DNA of 63,621 nucleotides, filler included, from Octopus bimaculoides (GCF_001194135.2; 6 parts of 5 records of this genome joined end to end with filler, not necessarily neighbours in it), one strand, 5' to 3'; counted from the first letter of the whole stretch, positions 49,400 through 61,434 are shown. Program-made: numbers and translations. Notes: generated by a model not told the origin, from the sequence alone.

Positions 49400-51915
49400 A
49401 CAGAAATAAGTACAGTGGAATAAGTACAGTGCTATTGGATGCTCAGGAAAGGAAAGAAAGAAAGAGGATTTCACGTTTCAAGTAGAGCTCTTCATCAGAA
49501 ATATAGGAAAAGTCCAAAGAAGGGAAGACAGACAATGAAAATCGCCAACAATACATACACGATCACATATTGAAATGACTGGAAGGGAATGGGTGAAGAA
49601 AAATTTCTTTCAAAGACAGGAGAGTGCAAGAGAAGGAGGTATGTGTGTGTGTATGTGTGGGTATGTATGTGCGCGCAGGTCTGTGTGTGTGTGTAATGAT
49701 AGCACCTGTAAGTGCATGTGTGTGTGCGTGTGGTTGTGGCTGTTTATGTATGTGTGTGGTTGGACTTAGTGTCGTTTAAGGTTATAGGAAGAATTTATAG
49801 TAAGAATTTTGGTAGGAGTGGCTGTCTGTTGTGTGTCTAGTAGGAAAATATTCAGTAGAAAGGTGTTTAACTGGTAGTTTGAAGTATGTGTGTGTGTGCA
49901 TGTATGTATATGAAATGTGTGTGTTTTCTTTGCAGTGTGGGTATGTGTGTATGTGTGAGGTTGTCTGTGGAGTAAATGTACGTTACTGTGTGTGTGATTG
50001 TGGGTGCTTGTATGTGCATGTCTGTGTGTCCATGTATGTATAATTGTGTGCATGTATGTATGAGTGTGCGCTGTGTATGAGAGGTATGTGTGGGTTCACT
50101 CACATGTGCGTGTGTGTATGTGAGTGCATGTGTATATTGGTATGCATGTGAATGTATGTGCATGTGTACGTGTGTGTATTTGCATGCGTATTTTGTGTGA
50201 ATGAGGGGTTGTGTAGGGAGGTATATGTGCGCATTTTGCATGTGTATGCATGTTCATGAGTGTGTGCGTGTGTATGTGTATGTAGTTGTGTGTGCACGTG
50301 TGTGTATGCGGATGTGTATATGTGTATGTGCGGGGTGGTCAGTGTTAGGCATGTGTGCATTCATATTCATGTGTGCACGTGCGTGTATGCATGTGTATGT
50401 GCGTCTATGTGTATGCCTATGCATATGCATGTGCGTGTATGTATATATATTGTGTATATGAATGTATATGTATGCGTGTGTATGTGAGTTAGTGCATGCG
50501 TGTGGGGTTTGTGAATGGGTATATGTGCATTCCTGTGTGTATGTGCGTACGTGCGTGTGTGTGTGTATATGCATGTGAGCTTATGCCCATGTGTGTGTAA
50601 TTGTGTGCATGTCTGTATGAGTGTGTCTTGTGTGTTTTGGAGGTATGTGTGCGTACATATGTGAGTGTGTGTATGTGTATGTGTGTATATTGTGTGTGTG
50701 CGTGTATGTGCATGTGGATAAGTGTGTGCGTGTGTATGTGCGTGTGTGCATGTGTGTATGTGCGTGCATGCATATACCTGTGTGTGAACATGATGTGTGT
50801 TGAGGTATGTGTGCGTTTTGTTGCGTATATGTATGCGTGCTTGAGTATGTATGTGGTTGTATGTACATGAGTACGCTTGTGTGTGTGTGTGTGTGTATAT
50901 AAGTATGTGTGTCTGTGTGTGCATAGCGTTGTGTGGGTTAGGTATCTGTGCATTCCTGTGCATGTGTATGTGTGTGGAAGTATGTGTGTGTGTGTGTATA
51001 TGTGTGTGGTGTGTGTGGGAGATTATTGTGTGTTCATGTGTGTGCATGGGTGCATGTGTTTTTTCGTGTGTGTGGATATATATGTGTGTGCATGTATATA
51101 GTAATAAAAATAATAATAAATTATAAAAAGTAACGTTCACATGGGATAAAGAAGTTAATGCAATATAAAATGGCGCAATTAAAAACAAAAAACAAAAACT
51201 GGAAAATGAAATAAGGTTGCTATGTTGCAGGAGGCGTAAAGGCAGTCAATAGGAGGACGGGGTTGTGTTTAGTCTGAAGGAGACAGTTGTTCGTAAATTA
51301 AAAATATACCGCTGTTCCACCTGGGGTCACAAGCATGTGAATCTGTGGTGCAGAGTGAGGCCAAAGACAGAGATATTAGAGGGGGAGTGGTTGGCCAAGT
51401 AGAGGTGAAGGGCAACAGGGGTGTTCGAACGTAGCCGAACATCCCTTAGATGTTCAGTGAACCGGTCAGCCAGTCGGCGGCCTGTCTGACTTACATATAG
51501 TTTACCACAGAGGTTGCATCTAATGAGGCTAGAAAAGGTGCAACAGGAGGAATTTGTTATGCAAAGAGTGTGCTGATTGGAACCAGTGAGAGAAGTAGTG
51601 TTGGTGATGAAAGGGCAGGTGTGACAGCAGGATCAGGAGCATGGGAAGGATCCAGGTGGGGCTGGGGAGAAGAGGAGAAGGTACTACAGACCAGAAGATA
51701 GCGTAGGTTCTGGGTGTGTTTAAAGGAGGACAAGGGTTGGGGAAAATGGGACAGGTGGTGGAATCAAGATGGAGATGACACAAGGCCCGTAGGATCCTCT
51801 GACGCAGGGGTAGGATAGAGGGGTGGAAAACGAGGGGAATGGGGGTGCGGTTAGGGGGTTGGTGTGGTGAAGGAGAAAGGGCGGTGGTGCGATCGATTCG
51901 ACGAGCATGGGCGAT
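49400..51915 (-). mobile_element. Penelope-like element 3' portion: GIY-YIG endonuclease remnant (about 51250-51780), long CA/TG-rich tract, H1 terminal repeat with hammerhead-like motif (49468-49502)
   Basis: Minus translation LIRCNLCGKLYVSQTGRRLADRFTEHLRDVR...PVALH...EQRYIFNLRT is a GIY-YIG of PLE type. The terminal block is homologous to 2613-3015. Continuity across the simple-sequence tract is inferred. Confidence 0.75.
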
Positions 51916-51975
51916 ATATATATATCATATAAATATATACATAGTATATATATATATTAGATAAATATATACAAA

Positions 51976-52007
<32 letters not shown>

Positions 52008-52009
<2 letters not shown>

Positions 52010-52500
52010 TAGCAGTATAGCCCGCCGCAGCCTGGGATTAAGCTAGGATTATTAAGTGATCAAGTGCTTTATTTCAAACCGAAATAAGTAACAACGACAT
52101 CAGATTTGAGCAAAATCCGTTGAAATTGGTTTAGCTGAAAATGGTTTGCTGGCAATTTGATTGGGAAATCCCATAAGGAATCAGTTTATTGGTTATTTCC
52201 ACTCATTGGCTGTTTTTTTTAAAGTTGCATTAGAGATCTGCATAGGAGAAGGTTGATCTGAAGGTTTGCATTGGGGATCTGGATTGGAGTAACTTAGGAA
52301 AACTTACCAACAGCATTAACCAAAAAATAAGGGGCCTGTCACTTCTAGGTTAACTCTAACCCTAACCCTAAAATCCTAACCGTAACACCCTAGTGGAAAT
52401 CGTGCGGGTGTTAATCTGAAAACTTACCAAACCCTTTTTGTGGTCCGAAAAACGGGTTGGGGGGGTAGAGTGGAAGCCTCAGAAATTTTACCCGTTTATA
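52008..52500 (+). mobile_element. Putative Helentron/HINE-type non-autonomous element with internal (TAACCC)-like repeats
   Basis: Starts ACTAGCAGTATAGCCCGCCGCAGCCTGGG after (TA)n and contains taactctaaccctaaccctaaaatcctaaccgtaac. Classification is from recalled terminal patterns only. Confidence 0.4.
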
Positions 52501-52889
52501 TTGTGTAATTCACTGACAAATTGTTACATACTTCTTTGTTTCATAGTTGTTGTGAAACATAAACAAAACTCTTTCGCTGCCAAAGTAGTATATGTGCGTG
52601 TGTATGAGAGTGAGAGGGGGGGAGAAAGATGAACGATTTAAAATAAATTGCNNNNNNNNNNTTTCGTTACTTTCCTTTTTGTTAGACGCTGGCAAACAAA
52701 CTCTGTCTTGCTTACAAAAATTTTCTTTCCTTAGACGCTTTTTGTCTCCCTCTCCCACTTTTTCTTTACTTTTTTTTGTTAGACGCTAGCAAACACTCTT
52801 TATCACCCACTGTCACAAACACACTATTTCTCTCTCTCTCTCTCTCTTTCCTTCATGCGCGTACGTGCAGTTTGACTTCGCCATGTCAA

Positions 52890-53205
52890 CAAACTTCAAA
52901 ATTGGTAAAAGTTATGGTTGGAGGTACTGCAATCCCAGAACCACAAACAGTAAGAGACCTGGGCATCAACATGTGTAGTGATGCATCATTTCACATGCAC
53001 ATTGTCAAGTTGATAGCAAAGTGCAGACAACTGGCAAGGTGGATACTGAGGACATTCCGAACAAGGGATCAAAAAGTCATGTTGACTCTATGGAAGACAT
53101 TTGTTCTGAGCCGCCTAGACGATTGCTCTCAGTTGTGGTCACCACACAGTGTCAAGCAGACAGCAGAACTCGAGGCAATTCAGCGTCACTATAAGAAAAG
53201 ATCGC
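52890..53205 (+). mobile_element. CR1/L2-group LINE RT C-terminal fragment
   Basis: VRDLGINM...FHMHI...WILRTFRTRDQKVMLTLWKTFVLSRLDDCSQLWSP...LEAIQR. Confidence 0.85.
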
Positions 53206-53345
53206 CNNNNNNNNNNNNNNNNNNNNNNNNNNNNNNNNNNNNNNNNNNNNTTAATTAATTAANNNNNNNNNNNNNNNNNNNNNNNNNNNNNNNNNNNNNN
53301 NNNNNNCATATATTCACATACATATATATATATATACGTGTATGC

Positions 53346-53402
<57 letters not shown>

Positions 53403-55093
53403 TACATTTGAAGGAGTGTGAGCATGCGTGCAGGTATAATTGCTTGTATATGAATGTGTTGGCATGTCTGATGTGTTCTGTATTGCAGGATTCATGAGTA
53501 TGTATATGTAAGCGCGTCTACGTGTGTGTATGAGTGTGTTTGTGTGGGAGTGTGGGTGTATGGGCATGTGTATGTGAGTATGAGAATGTTAGTGTGTGTG
53601 TGTGTGTGTGTGCATGTGTGTGCGTGTGTGTAAGTGCACCTCAAAGACTAAGTGTCAGAATTGTCCACAGATAACTCCATGTGACACCCCACCGCCACCA
53701 CCACCAGTACCTTCCCTTCGCTCTACGGCTCCGTTTCAGACGTGAAGGTCATATATTTCGGTGCCTGGCTTGACACGGAGAGATGATGATAGAATATCTG
53801 TAAACAATGTGTCACAGGAGAATAACTTTTGACAGTTGCAGAGGAAGTGTTCGTCGCACACACACACACGTGCACGCACACACACACATCACATCATAAA
53901 CACTTGCAAAGTACAAAAACGCATATACTCAATAACACAACATATATACACAGGCACATGCAAACGCACATACACTATTCGATATGCTACACACACTCAC
54001 ACACACACATACAAGCCATAGAAACGTACACACACTCTAGGCATCCACGCATACACATATACTCAATACCACAACATACACATTTCATTATACAATTTAC
54101 TATATACATACCCATAAACACACACACCGCACACATCACAGATACGCACATACAAGTTACACAAACACATACACTCAGTAACACAACACATACACACAAT
54201 ATACCATACACATACATAAATATATACAATCACACAACATACACAATAACACCACATATTTACAAATACATACATGTATACACACACACGTACTCTCTAC
54301 AACATTCTGTTCACACACTCTACACACCATACATTATACCTGCATCCATTATATATATTTTTGTTAAAAACCTTTAAAAATAACGATATTAATGCTAGGG
54401 TTGCTACACTAATTTCTGCCTTAAACTTAGAAGATCGTACGGAAACCCTCCAGCTTGGGGACCCCCCCATTTTACATTTAAAGACCACACACCAGATTTG
54501 TTGCTTAAACCCACGATTAGATTCGTCTGCCCCTCTAAATCTAACCTAGGTAGGGGTAATTAAGCTTCTGAAAGCCTGAAAGAGAAAACCGATTCGAAGA
54601 CTACAGATCCAATTCATCACTGGAACTGTAAAATTTGTTTAAAACTTTCCAGAAGTTTATCATTTAAGCATATATGAGCATGTCTAGACATGCGACTATA
54701 TGCATGAGAATGCATACATAAAACAAAAGTTACAAATCTGCACATATATATATATATGCATGCATATATAAATGTGTCTATTTTATAAACGGACTTATGA
54801 TATTATATGTGTGTGTGCGCGCGTGTGTAAATGACGTGGGGATGTGTAAACGAGAGCGTGTATGTATGTGCAAGTGTTTGCATATGTGTGCGCGAGCGTA
54901 TACGTGTATGTGTTTGCGTGAGTGTATGTGCTATGTGATTTGCGTGTGTGTAAGTATATGCATAATCTATTAGCGTTTCAAAAAAAAATGTGGTCTAAGG
55001 GAGGTAACTCGCATTGCCCTACCTCAGCTTTCTCAACTCGTATTTAATATTCGCACAAAATTATTTGTTTCGAGGTGTTTCTTTTCTTCTTAC

Positions 55094-55324
55094 CGTTATA
55101 AATTTTATTATTTTTGCTCTAATCTATTTATTAGAAGGGCAAGGGACAACAATCGGGGTCTTTTCGGGGCTTCTACAGATTGTTGAGGTCGATGCAGCTG
55201 ATGAAACAGATATCGTGTTACCAACCCGAAGGGAAAACACCGCTGCAAGACAAATCGAAGCACAACAATCTAAACTGTCGTTAACAAGAACAACCACGCG
55301 TTGAATAATAAATAGTCTTTTATA
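55094..55324 (-). promoter_or_regulatory. Candidate TATA promoter plus non-coding first exon of the minus-strand gene
   Basis: TATAAAAG at 55324-55317 (minus), then about 200 nt of CpG-containing, ATG-free unique sequence ending in an ACG|GTAAGA donor at 55094. Confidence 0.35.
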
Positions 55325-55556
55325 CAGAGTGTTCAAAAAGTCTCTCTGCTGTGAATTCTTTTTTCTCCAAGATGTATTTCAAAACGTGTGGAAGAGTAAA
55401 CTTGTGTATTGAAAATGACGGACGACACTTTCAACATCTCTTATAAAGTTTTTTAAAGTCTCGTAAAGTCTAATATATTCTGTTGTAGTCTTATACCATC
55501 TTATAAATATTTATTTTGCAATGAAATACTTACTGCCCTAGATTATCCTAAAAACA

Positions 55557-56122
55557 AGGCGACGAGCTGGCAGAATCGTTAGCACGCAGGGCAAAATGCT
55601 TAGCGACATTTCCTCCGTTTTCACGTTCTGAGTGCAAATTCCGCTGGGGTCAACTTGACTTTCATCCTTTTGGGGGTCAATGAAATAAGTAGTGGAGGCG
55701 CAATGACCCAGTGGTTAGGGCAGCGGACTCGCGGTTTCGATTCCCAGACCAGGCGTTGTGAGTGTTTATTGAGTGAAAACACCTAAAAGCTCCAGCAGGG
55801 GATGGTGGCGAACCCTGCTGTACTCTTTCACCACAACTTTCTCTCACTCTCACTTCCTGTTTCTGTTGTGCCTGTAATTCAAAGGGTCAGCCTTGTCACA
55901 CTGTGTCACGCTGAATATCCCCCGAGAACTACGTTAAGGGTACACGTGTCTGTGGAGTGCTCAGCCACTTGCACGTTAATTTCACGAGCAGGCTGTTCCG
56001 TTGATCGGATCGACTGGAACCCTCGACGTCGTAAGCGACGGAGTACCAACAACAGCGAAATAAGCACCAGTTGAATAGTGAGGTCAATGAAATCGTTGAC
56101 CTTGTGCCAAAATTTGAAACTA
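55557..56122 (+). mobile_element. SINE family A interrupted by a nested SINE family D (55690-56056)
   Basis: The host halves rejoin as ...GAAATAAG|(T/C)ACCAGTTG. GAAATAAG is duplicated at 55682-55689 and 56057-56064. Confidence 0.85.
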
Positions 56123-56527
56123 ATATCCTAAAAGCAAATGAGGTGGTTACACATTTGGAATGCTTCTTTTCTGCCCGACCAAGAATGATCTGAGATTAAA
56201 CAGAAAACGAAGATGATGAACAGGCAAAATCGACTCCGACAGGATTTGAACTCGAAACACTAACCAGCATATCTATATATGATCTATTTTAATATTGCCC
56301 ACTCTCATGTCGTTTGCAAGTTGATATGTTCCAAAATGCCTGCTAACATACTCGATGTGGAATCTTGTATCTGTTTCAGGCATTGGACTGCGGACATGCT
56401 GGTGCACCAATTTGATGGATTTTAGTGAAACAAATTGATCTCAATACTTTTGCTCTCTTAAGCTAGGTACTTATTCTATTGGTTTCTTTTACTGAATCGC
56501 AAAGTTACAGGGGCATGCATGTGTGTG

Positions 56528-56560
<33 letters not shown>

Positions 56561-57239
56561 NNNNNNNNNNNNNNNNNNNNNNNNNNNNNNNNNNNNNNNN
56601 NNNNNNNNNNNNNNNNNNNNNNNNNNNNNNNNNNNNNNNNNNNNNNNNNNNNNNNNNNNNNNNNNNNNNNNNNNNNNNNNNNNNNNNNNNNNNNNNNNNN
56701 NNNNNNNNNNNNNNNNNNNNNNNNNNNNNNNNNNNNNNNNNNNNNNNNNNNNNNNNNNNNNNNNNNNNNNNNNNNNNNNNNNNNNNNNNNNNNNNNNNNN
56801 NNNNNNNNNNNNNNNNNNNNNNNNNNNNNNNNNNNNNNNNNNNNNNNNNNNNNNNNNNNNNNNNNNNNNNNNNNNNNNNNNNNNNNNNNNNNNNNNNNNN
56901 NNNNNNNNNNNNNNNNNNNNNNNNNNNNNNNNNNNNNNNNNNNNNNNNNNNNNNNNNNNNNNNNNNNATCCTAAAATTTTATTAAAAATAACTATCAATG
57001 GTGGTGAGTCTGATCTTCGCAGCACAGCAAGTAACAAGCCCAGGTATATTTTGGCTATATTAAATTCCATCAGAGAAATATAGTCAGCATGTAACTCAAT
57101 TTTAGCTGTCTATAGAAATATCTTTTCAGTCTTTAGACTGCAGCCATACTAGGGAACCTCCTTGAAGACATTTTAGTCAGATAAATATTTTCTTTTACTT
57201 AAGCTTTATTTTATTAGTCACTTTTTGCCAAACACAATA

Positions 57240-58216
57240 CAACACGAGCATGATAGAGTGAGTAGTATTTGAAGACTTATTTGGTAATTTAATAAAACCA
57301 AAGGTATTTCAATAAAAAATTGTGCATACATGTTCCTGATAAACTTTCTGATAGGATTATCCTGTGAATCCACCATAAACTTTGATGACTGCTTTAATGC
57401 GAGACATGCCTACACTAAATGATTCTTATTCATTTGGGACATCACCTGGACAATGGTAGTCTTCAGCAAAGCTGTGGGTTGGGAGGATGTCGATTAGTTT
57501 CCTTTTACACAACACTCCAGAAGTACTCATCTATGAAATTTAAATCTGGTGAGTTTGGAAGCCCCAAATTTGAAGTTACTTGATCATAACGATTGACTGA
57601 CATCCAATCTTGGATTTAATGAGATTTGTAAGAAGGTACTGAGTTTTTAACATATGACCTTTCAGTACATATTTCATCCACCCAGCACTCAACAAATTTT
57701 CAATGCAGTCTGCAGCATCGAGTCTAAAGATCTCGGTTGCGAGGTGGCATGGTATGATTTTCATTATTCACCATCTTCCAAAACCATCACAATTACTGGG
57801 AACTTGTTCATCAATCTGAAGACATCAGAAGGTTCTGTACATAATAATCTGTCATTTTTCATATTAAGCTTTTGGTCAGTTATACTCAAAAAAGAATCAA
57901 ATCATGCCATTTTTTTGGTAGATCAGTTTTCCAGTGTCTTTGCAAACACGAATTGGCCTCTCTTTATTACATGCAATTTGTATTGAATGTCCACATACAC
58001 CACTGTTCTTATAATCACATGAAACTCTTTGGCGATGGTCCTCATTGTTTTTCTGGGATCATCATAGGTAATGTTTTGAACTCGCTGGATGAACTGTGGT
58101 GTCCAAACGTTTAGAACTTCTTTTTTTATACACGTGGACCATTCCCACCAGCAGCTTCCAATTCCATCCGAACTTTGTGCACAAAAGATTTCGCAATATC
58201 TTTTAGAAGGTGGCAA
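57240..58216 (-). mobile_element. mariner/maT-like transposon, degenerate
   Basis: TPQFIQRVQNITYDDPRKTMRTIAKEFHV...DIQYKLHVIKRGQF..KTLEN and WSVV.KETNRHP are homologous to the 26925-27450 element. Confidence 0.75.
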
Positions 58217-59394
58217 TTTCTAAATTGTTGTGTTCCTCTATATCTGGCATCTAACAACCGGGAACCATTCCTTCCAGACCTTCATACCAACTGGTATGGC
58301 TTTATCTGCCGTACTGTTCCTCTCTTTAGTCAACCCTGTCTACAACTCTCACAGAACATCTGACATAGTTTCGTAGCTCCTACTCTCTCTTGTCATAGGG
58401 CACTGCATATCTTTCCAGTTCATGTATTAACATCTATCAGCCATGGTTGGGATCTAAAAGAAATATAAACCTTTTAATTGGTTAGAAGTAATATACTGAT
58501 AATTAGGTGTCCTCAAATAACCCCTCACACACTGGGAACAACAGCAGCAGTTCTTAGTCCACTTTTCCAGGTGTTTTCCAGGCTGAATAAGTTAGTTTCA
58601 ATGTGGTGCCTCACTGTTTACCTTGGTACTTCGTCATCCTCTTCAGCATCTTGTCTCCAGCCTTCTTCTCTCAATACATTATCATTTCTTTAGTATTCTT
58701 ACTGCAAGTAATCCTGAACTTCCATTCCACATGAAATCCATTTTTATCCGCACTTTTTGTATACCCATAATCAGCATTGGGTGCACATCACATTCCTTCC
58801 TACTCCCCTTCCACATATTGGACGGGACCAACCCACTTCTAGTCTTGCTGTAACTCTACCCCTGCTACTTTCATAACCAGGTCCATCAATTCAATTACCT
58901 CTGTAGTTATTCCCTTCTATAACATCTCATTTAGCAGTTGACAGTGTTATGTGAAACATTAAAGATAACACATCCCTGTACAAGACTGGCCATGTAATGA
59001 ACCATGCAAATTATCCAGCTTACTTTGCTACACATTCTCAATACCTCAACATTTATTAAACCTACTGAGCCTTTCCATGTAATGTCAAACTCAAAAACTG
59101 ATCCCTCTGCTGGATTCACTTGAGGTAACCTTTTTTTCCTTATGCATTCTTGTCATTCAAGATAATTGCTTCTTGGTAATGGTGAATGTGTCAATCATTC
59201 CACGCACATTTTCTACTAATGCTTATTTACTCGCATTGCTTTCAAGGAGTCATGCATTATCCTGTAGCTTCAAAATTGTGATGATGTGATTGCATATTCT
59301 TAGAACGACATTTTAGGCTAGACGTGAGAGGCCACATCTCGCTGGTTTGAATACAAAACATGTAGAATATTTGCGCTGGATAGACTCAGTTTAA

Positions 59395-59604
59395 CCCTTT
59401 AGCATTTAGATAATTCTATCTGTTGTTATCTATATTGGTTTGAATTAATCATGTATCATCTCGTAGCTTTGAGATTTTGATGATGTGATAGTATATCCAT
59501 AGAAAGACATTGTAGGGTAGGTGTGAAAAGTCGCATCTGGCCAGTTTGAATATGAAACAGTTAGAATATTTGAGCTGGATATGGCTGGTTTAAATGTTAA
59601 AGGG
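59395..59604. mobile_element. piggyBac-type MITE (210 bp)
   Basis: TTAA|CCCTTTAGCATTTA and TAAATGTTAAAGGG|TTAA give 14-bp TIRs (1 mismatch) with a TTAA duplication. Confidence 0.85.
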
Positions 59605-60469
59605 TTAAATTTAATTTTCACGAAAAGCAGCCATACTGGATTGACTGGCTAGGTTTCCAGCAAGCAATATATATTCTCTCTCTTTCCCTCTCTTTGATAC
59701 AAAGAAAACTGATGCCCCCTAAAGTTTCAAAAGTGAAGAAACATTGATGTGGAGGATGGTTCAACAAAATTATAGCCCATATACTATGAAAACGAACCAC
59801 AGATGTAACTTAGGTACATCAAAGACAGCCAAAATTGCAAAGACAATCTGAAACTCGGTTGTCCCTTTTTTTGTATCAGTTGTCTGGACGTTTTGCGTTC
59901 TTGTCCCATATTTGTATTTTATTGATATATATATATATATATATATATANNNNNNNNNNNNNNNNNNNNNNNNNNNNNNNNNNNNNNNNNNNNTTAATTA
60001 ATTAANNNNNNNNNNNNNNNNNNNNNNNNNNNNNNNNNNNNNNNNNNNNGATAGATAGATAGATGGCTAGATGGTTTGATAGATACATGGACGGATGGTT
60101 ACATAGTTCATTGGTAGGCTGGTATGTACGTAGATAGGTAGATGGATAAATAATTAAATAGATAAATAGATACATTGTGATATAGATTGATTAACAGATC
60201 AATAACTAAGTAAATAATTTAATTATAAATGGGCATTGACCGCAAATTGGTTTTGCTAATTATAATTATTTCTGCTGTTCTCAATATCTCAAATAACCAC
60301 AGTAAGATTAACTGCGGTGATTGGGTGAAATATATATTAAGAGTTAACTGACATTATTTCTATGCCAAGAAAGAAAGGGAGACAAATCGGAACGTTTCTA
60401 TTCTTAACTATTGTCAGCGGAGGATATAGCCCTCGTCATTGCTTGGTGGCATTGGTGGTAAATAATTTG

Positions 60470-60502
<33 letters not shown>

Positions 60503-60505
<3 letters not shown>

Positions 60506-60700
60506 GAGAATTTACGAAGACAGGTGGTGTAAACAACAAATGGATGTATTAGTATTTACGCTCGGAAATAGAGAAAGTCTTTGACGTTTCGAGCCTACGC
60601 TCTTCAACTGAAAGGAACACAGAAAGAAAGAAGGAGAGAAACAAGGAGAAAAAATAAATAGAAATGTAGTGGTCAGCGATCTAACATGGCGAATGCCGGA
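60503..60700 (-). mobile_element. Penelope-related repeat (subfamily H2) with hammerhead-like motif at 60578-60615
   Basis: Reverse complement reads ccttt-CAGTTGA-A-GAGC-GTAG-GCTC-GAAAC-GTC-aaagac and abuts (TA)n. Confidence 0.6.
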
Positions 60701-60719
60701 CATATGTTTGCATAAGCAT

Positions 60720-61150
60720 TCAGTGAAGCTGGTAAATAGTTTCAGATCTAGGCAATGGTGAGCAGTTTTGAAGAGAGAGGATTAATTGACATCATGGACC
60801 ACAGTATTTCACTGGTACTTTATGTTATCAACACCGGAACGACGACAAGTATAACTGACCCCGGCGGGAATTGAACTCAAAATATAAAATGCTGTAAGAA
60901 ATGCCCTAAGCCATTTTCCCCCTTTGAGTACAGGCGGTACGTGAGATTAATATATTTTTTTTAATCCGAGCACAAGGAGGGGAGGAGGTTAGTCAACAAC
61001 ATCGATTCCTGTCCTCGATTAATGCTTATTTTACCGACTCCGGACTGAGGAAAGGTAAAGTTGACCCCAGGGGAATTTGAACTCAAAACTGAACGAATCG
61101 GAAGAAATGCCGCTAAGCAATTTGTCCGAAACACTAACGATTCTACCAGC
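60720..61150 (-). mobile_element. Two SINE family A copies with CpGs largely retained
   Basis: GACCCCGGCGGGAATTGAACTC and GTTGACCCCAGGGGAATTTGAACTC...GAAATGCCGCTAAGCAA. Confidence 0.75.
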
Positions 61151-61339
61151 CAGCCAGACAGACAGCCAGCCGTTTTACGTGAGATTAATTTCTAATTTAA
61201 TTATAGCGGGGTGTTGGCCCAAATTTTTATGTAACATANNNNNNNNNNNNNNNNNNNNNNNNNNNNNNNNNNNNNNNNNNNNTTAATTAATTAANNNNNN
61301 NNNNNNNNNNNNNNNNNNNNNNNNNNNNNNNNNNNNNNG

Positions 61340-61434
61340 GAAGATAGGAACTACCGGTACTGGTGTAGAAGATAGGAACTTCCGGTACTGGTGTAGAAGA
61401 TAGGAACTTCCGGTACTGGTGTAGAAGATAGGAA
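61340..61434. repeat. 28-bp tandem repeat (gaagataggaacttccggtactggtgta) x3.4, abutting a gap
   Basis: Direct reading shows near-identical units. Confidence 0.9.

Noticed and set aside
54400-54660. Strong minus-strand acceptor (ttttctctttcag) in unique sequence
   Set aside because: No convincing donor, open frame or homology follows. It cannot be supported as an exon without RNA data.
58480-59200. Possible RTE LINE remnant (VQGCVIFN, KWVGPV on the minus strand)
   Set aside because: The motifs are too degraded and too closely spaced to call with confidence.
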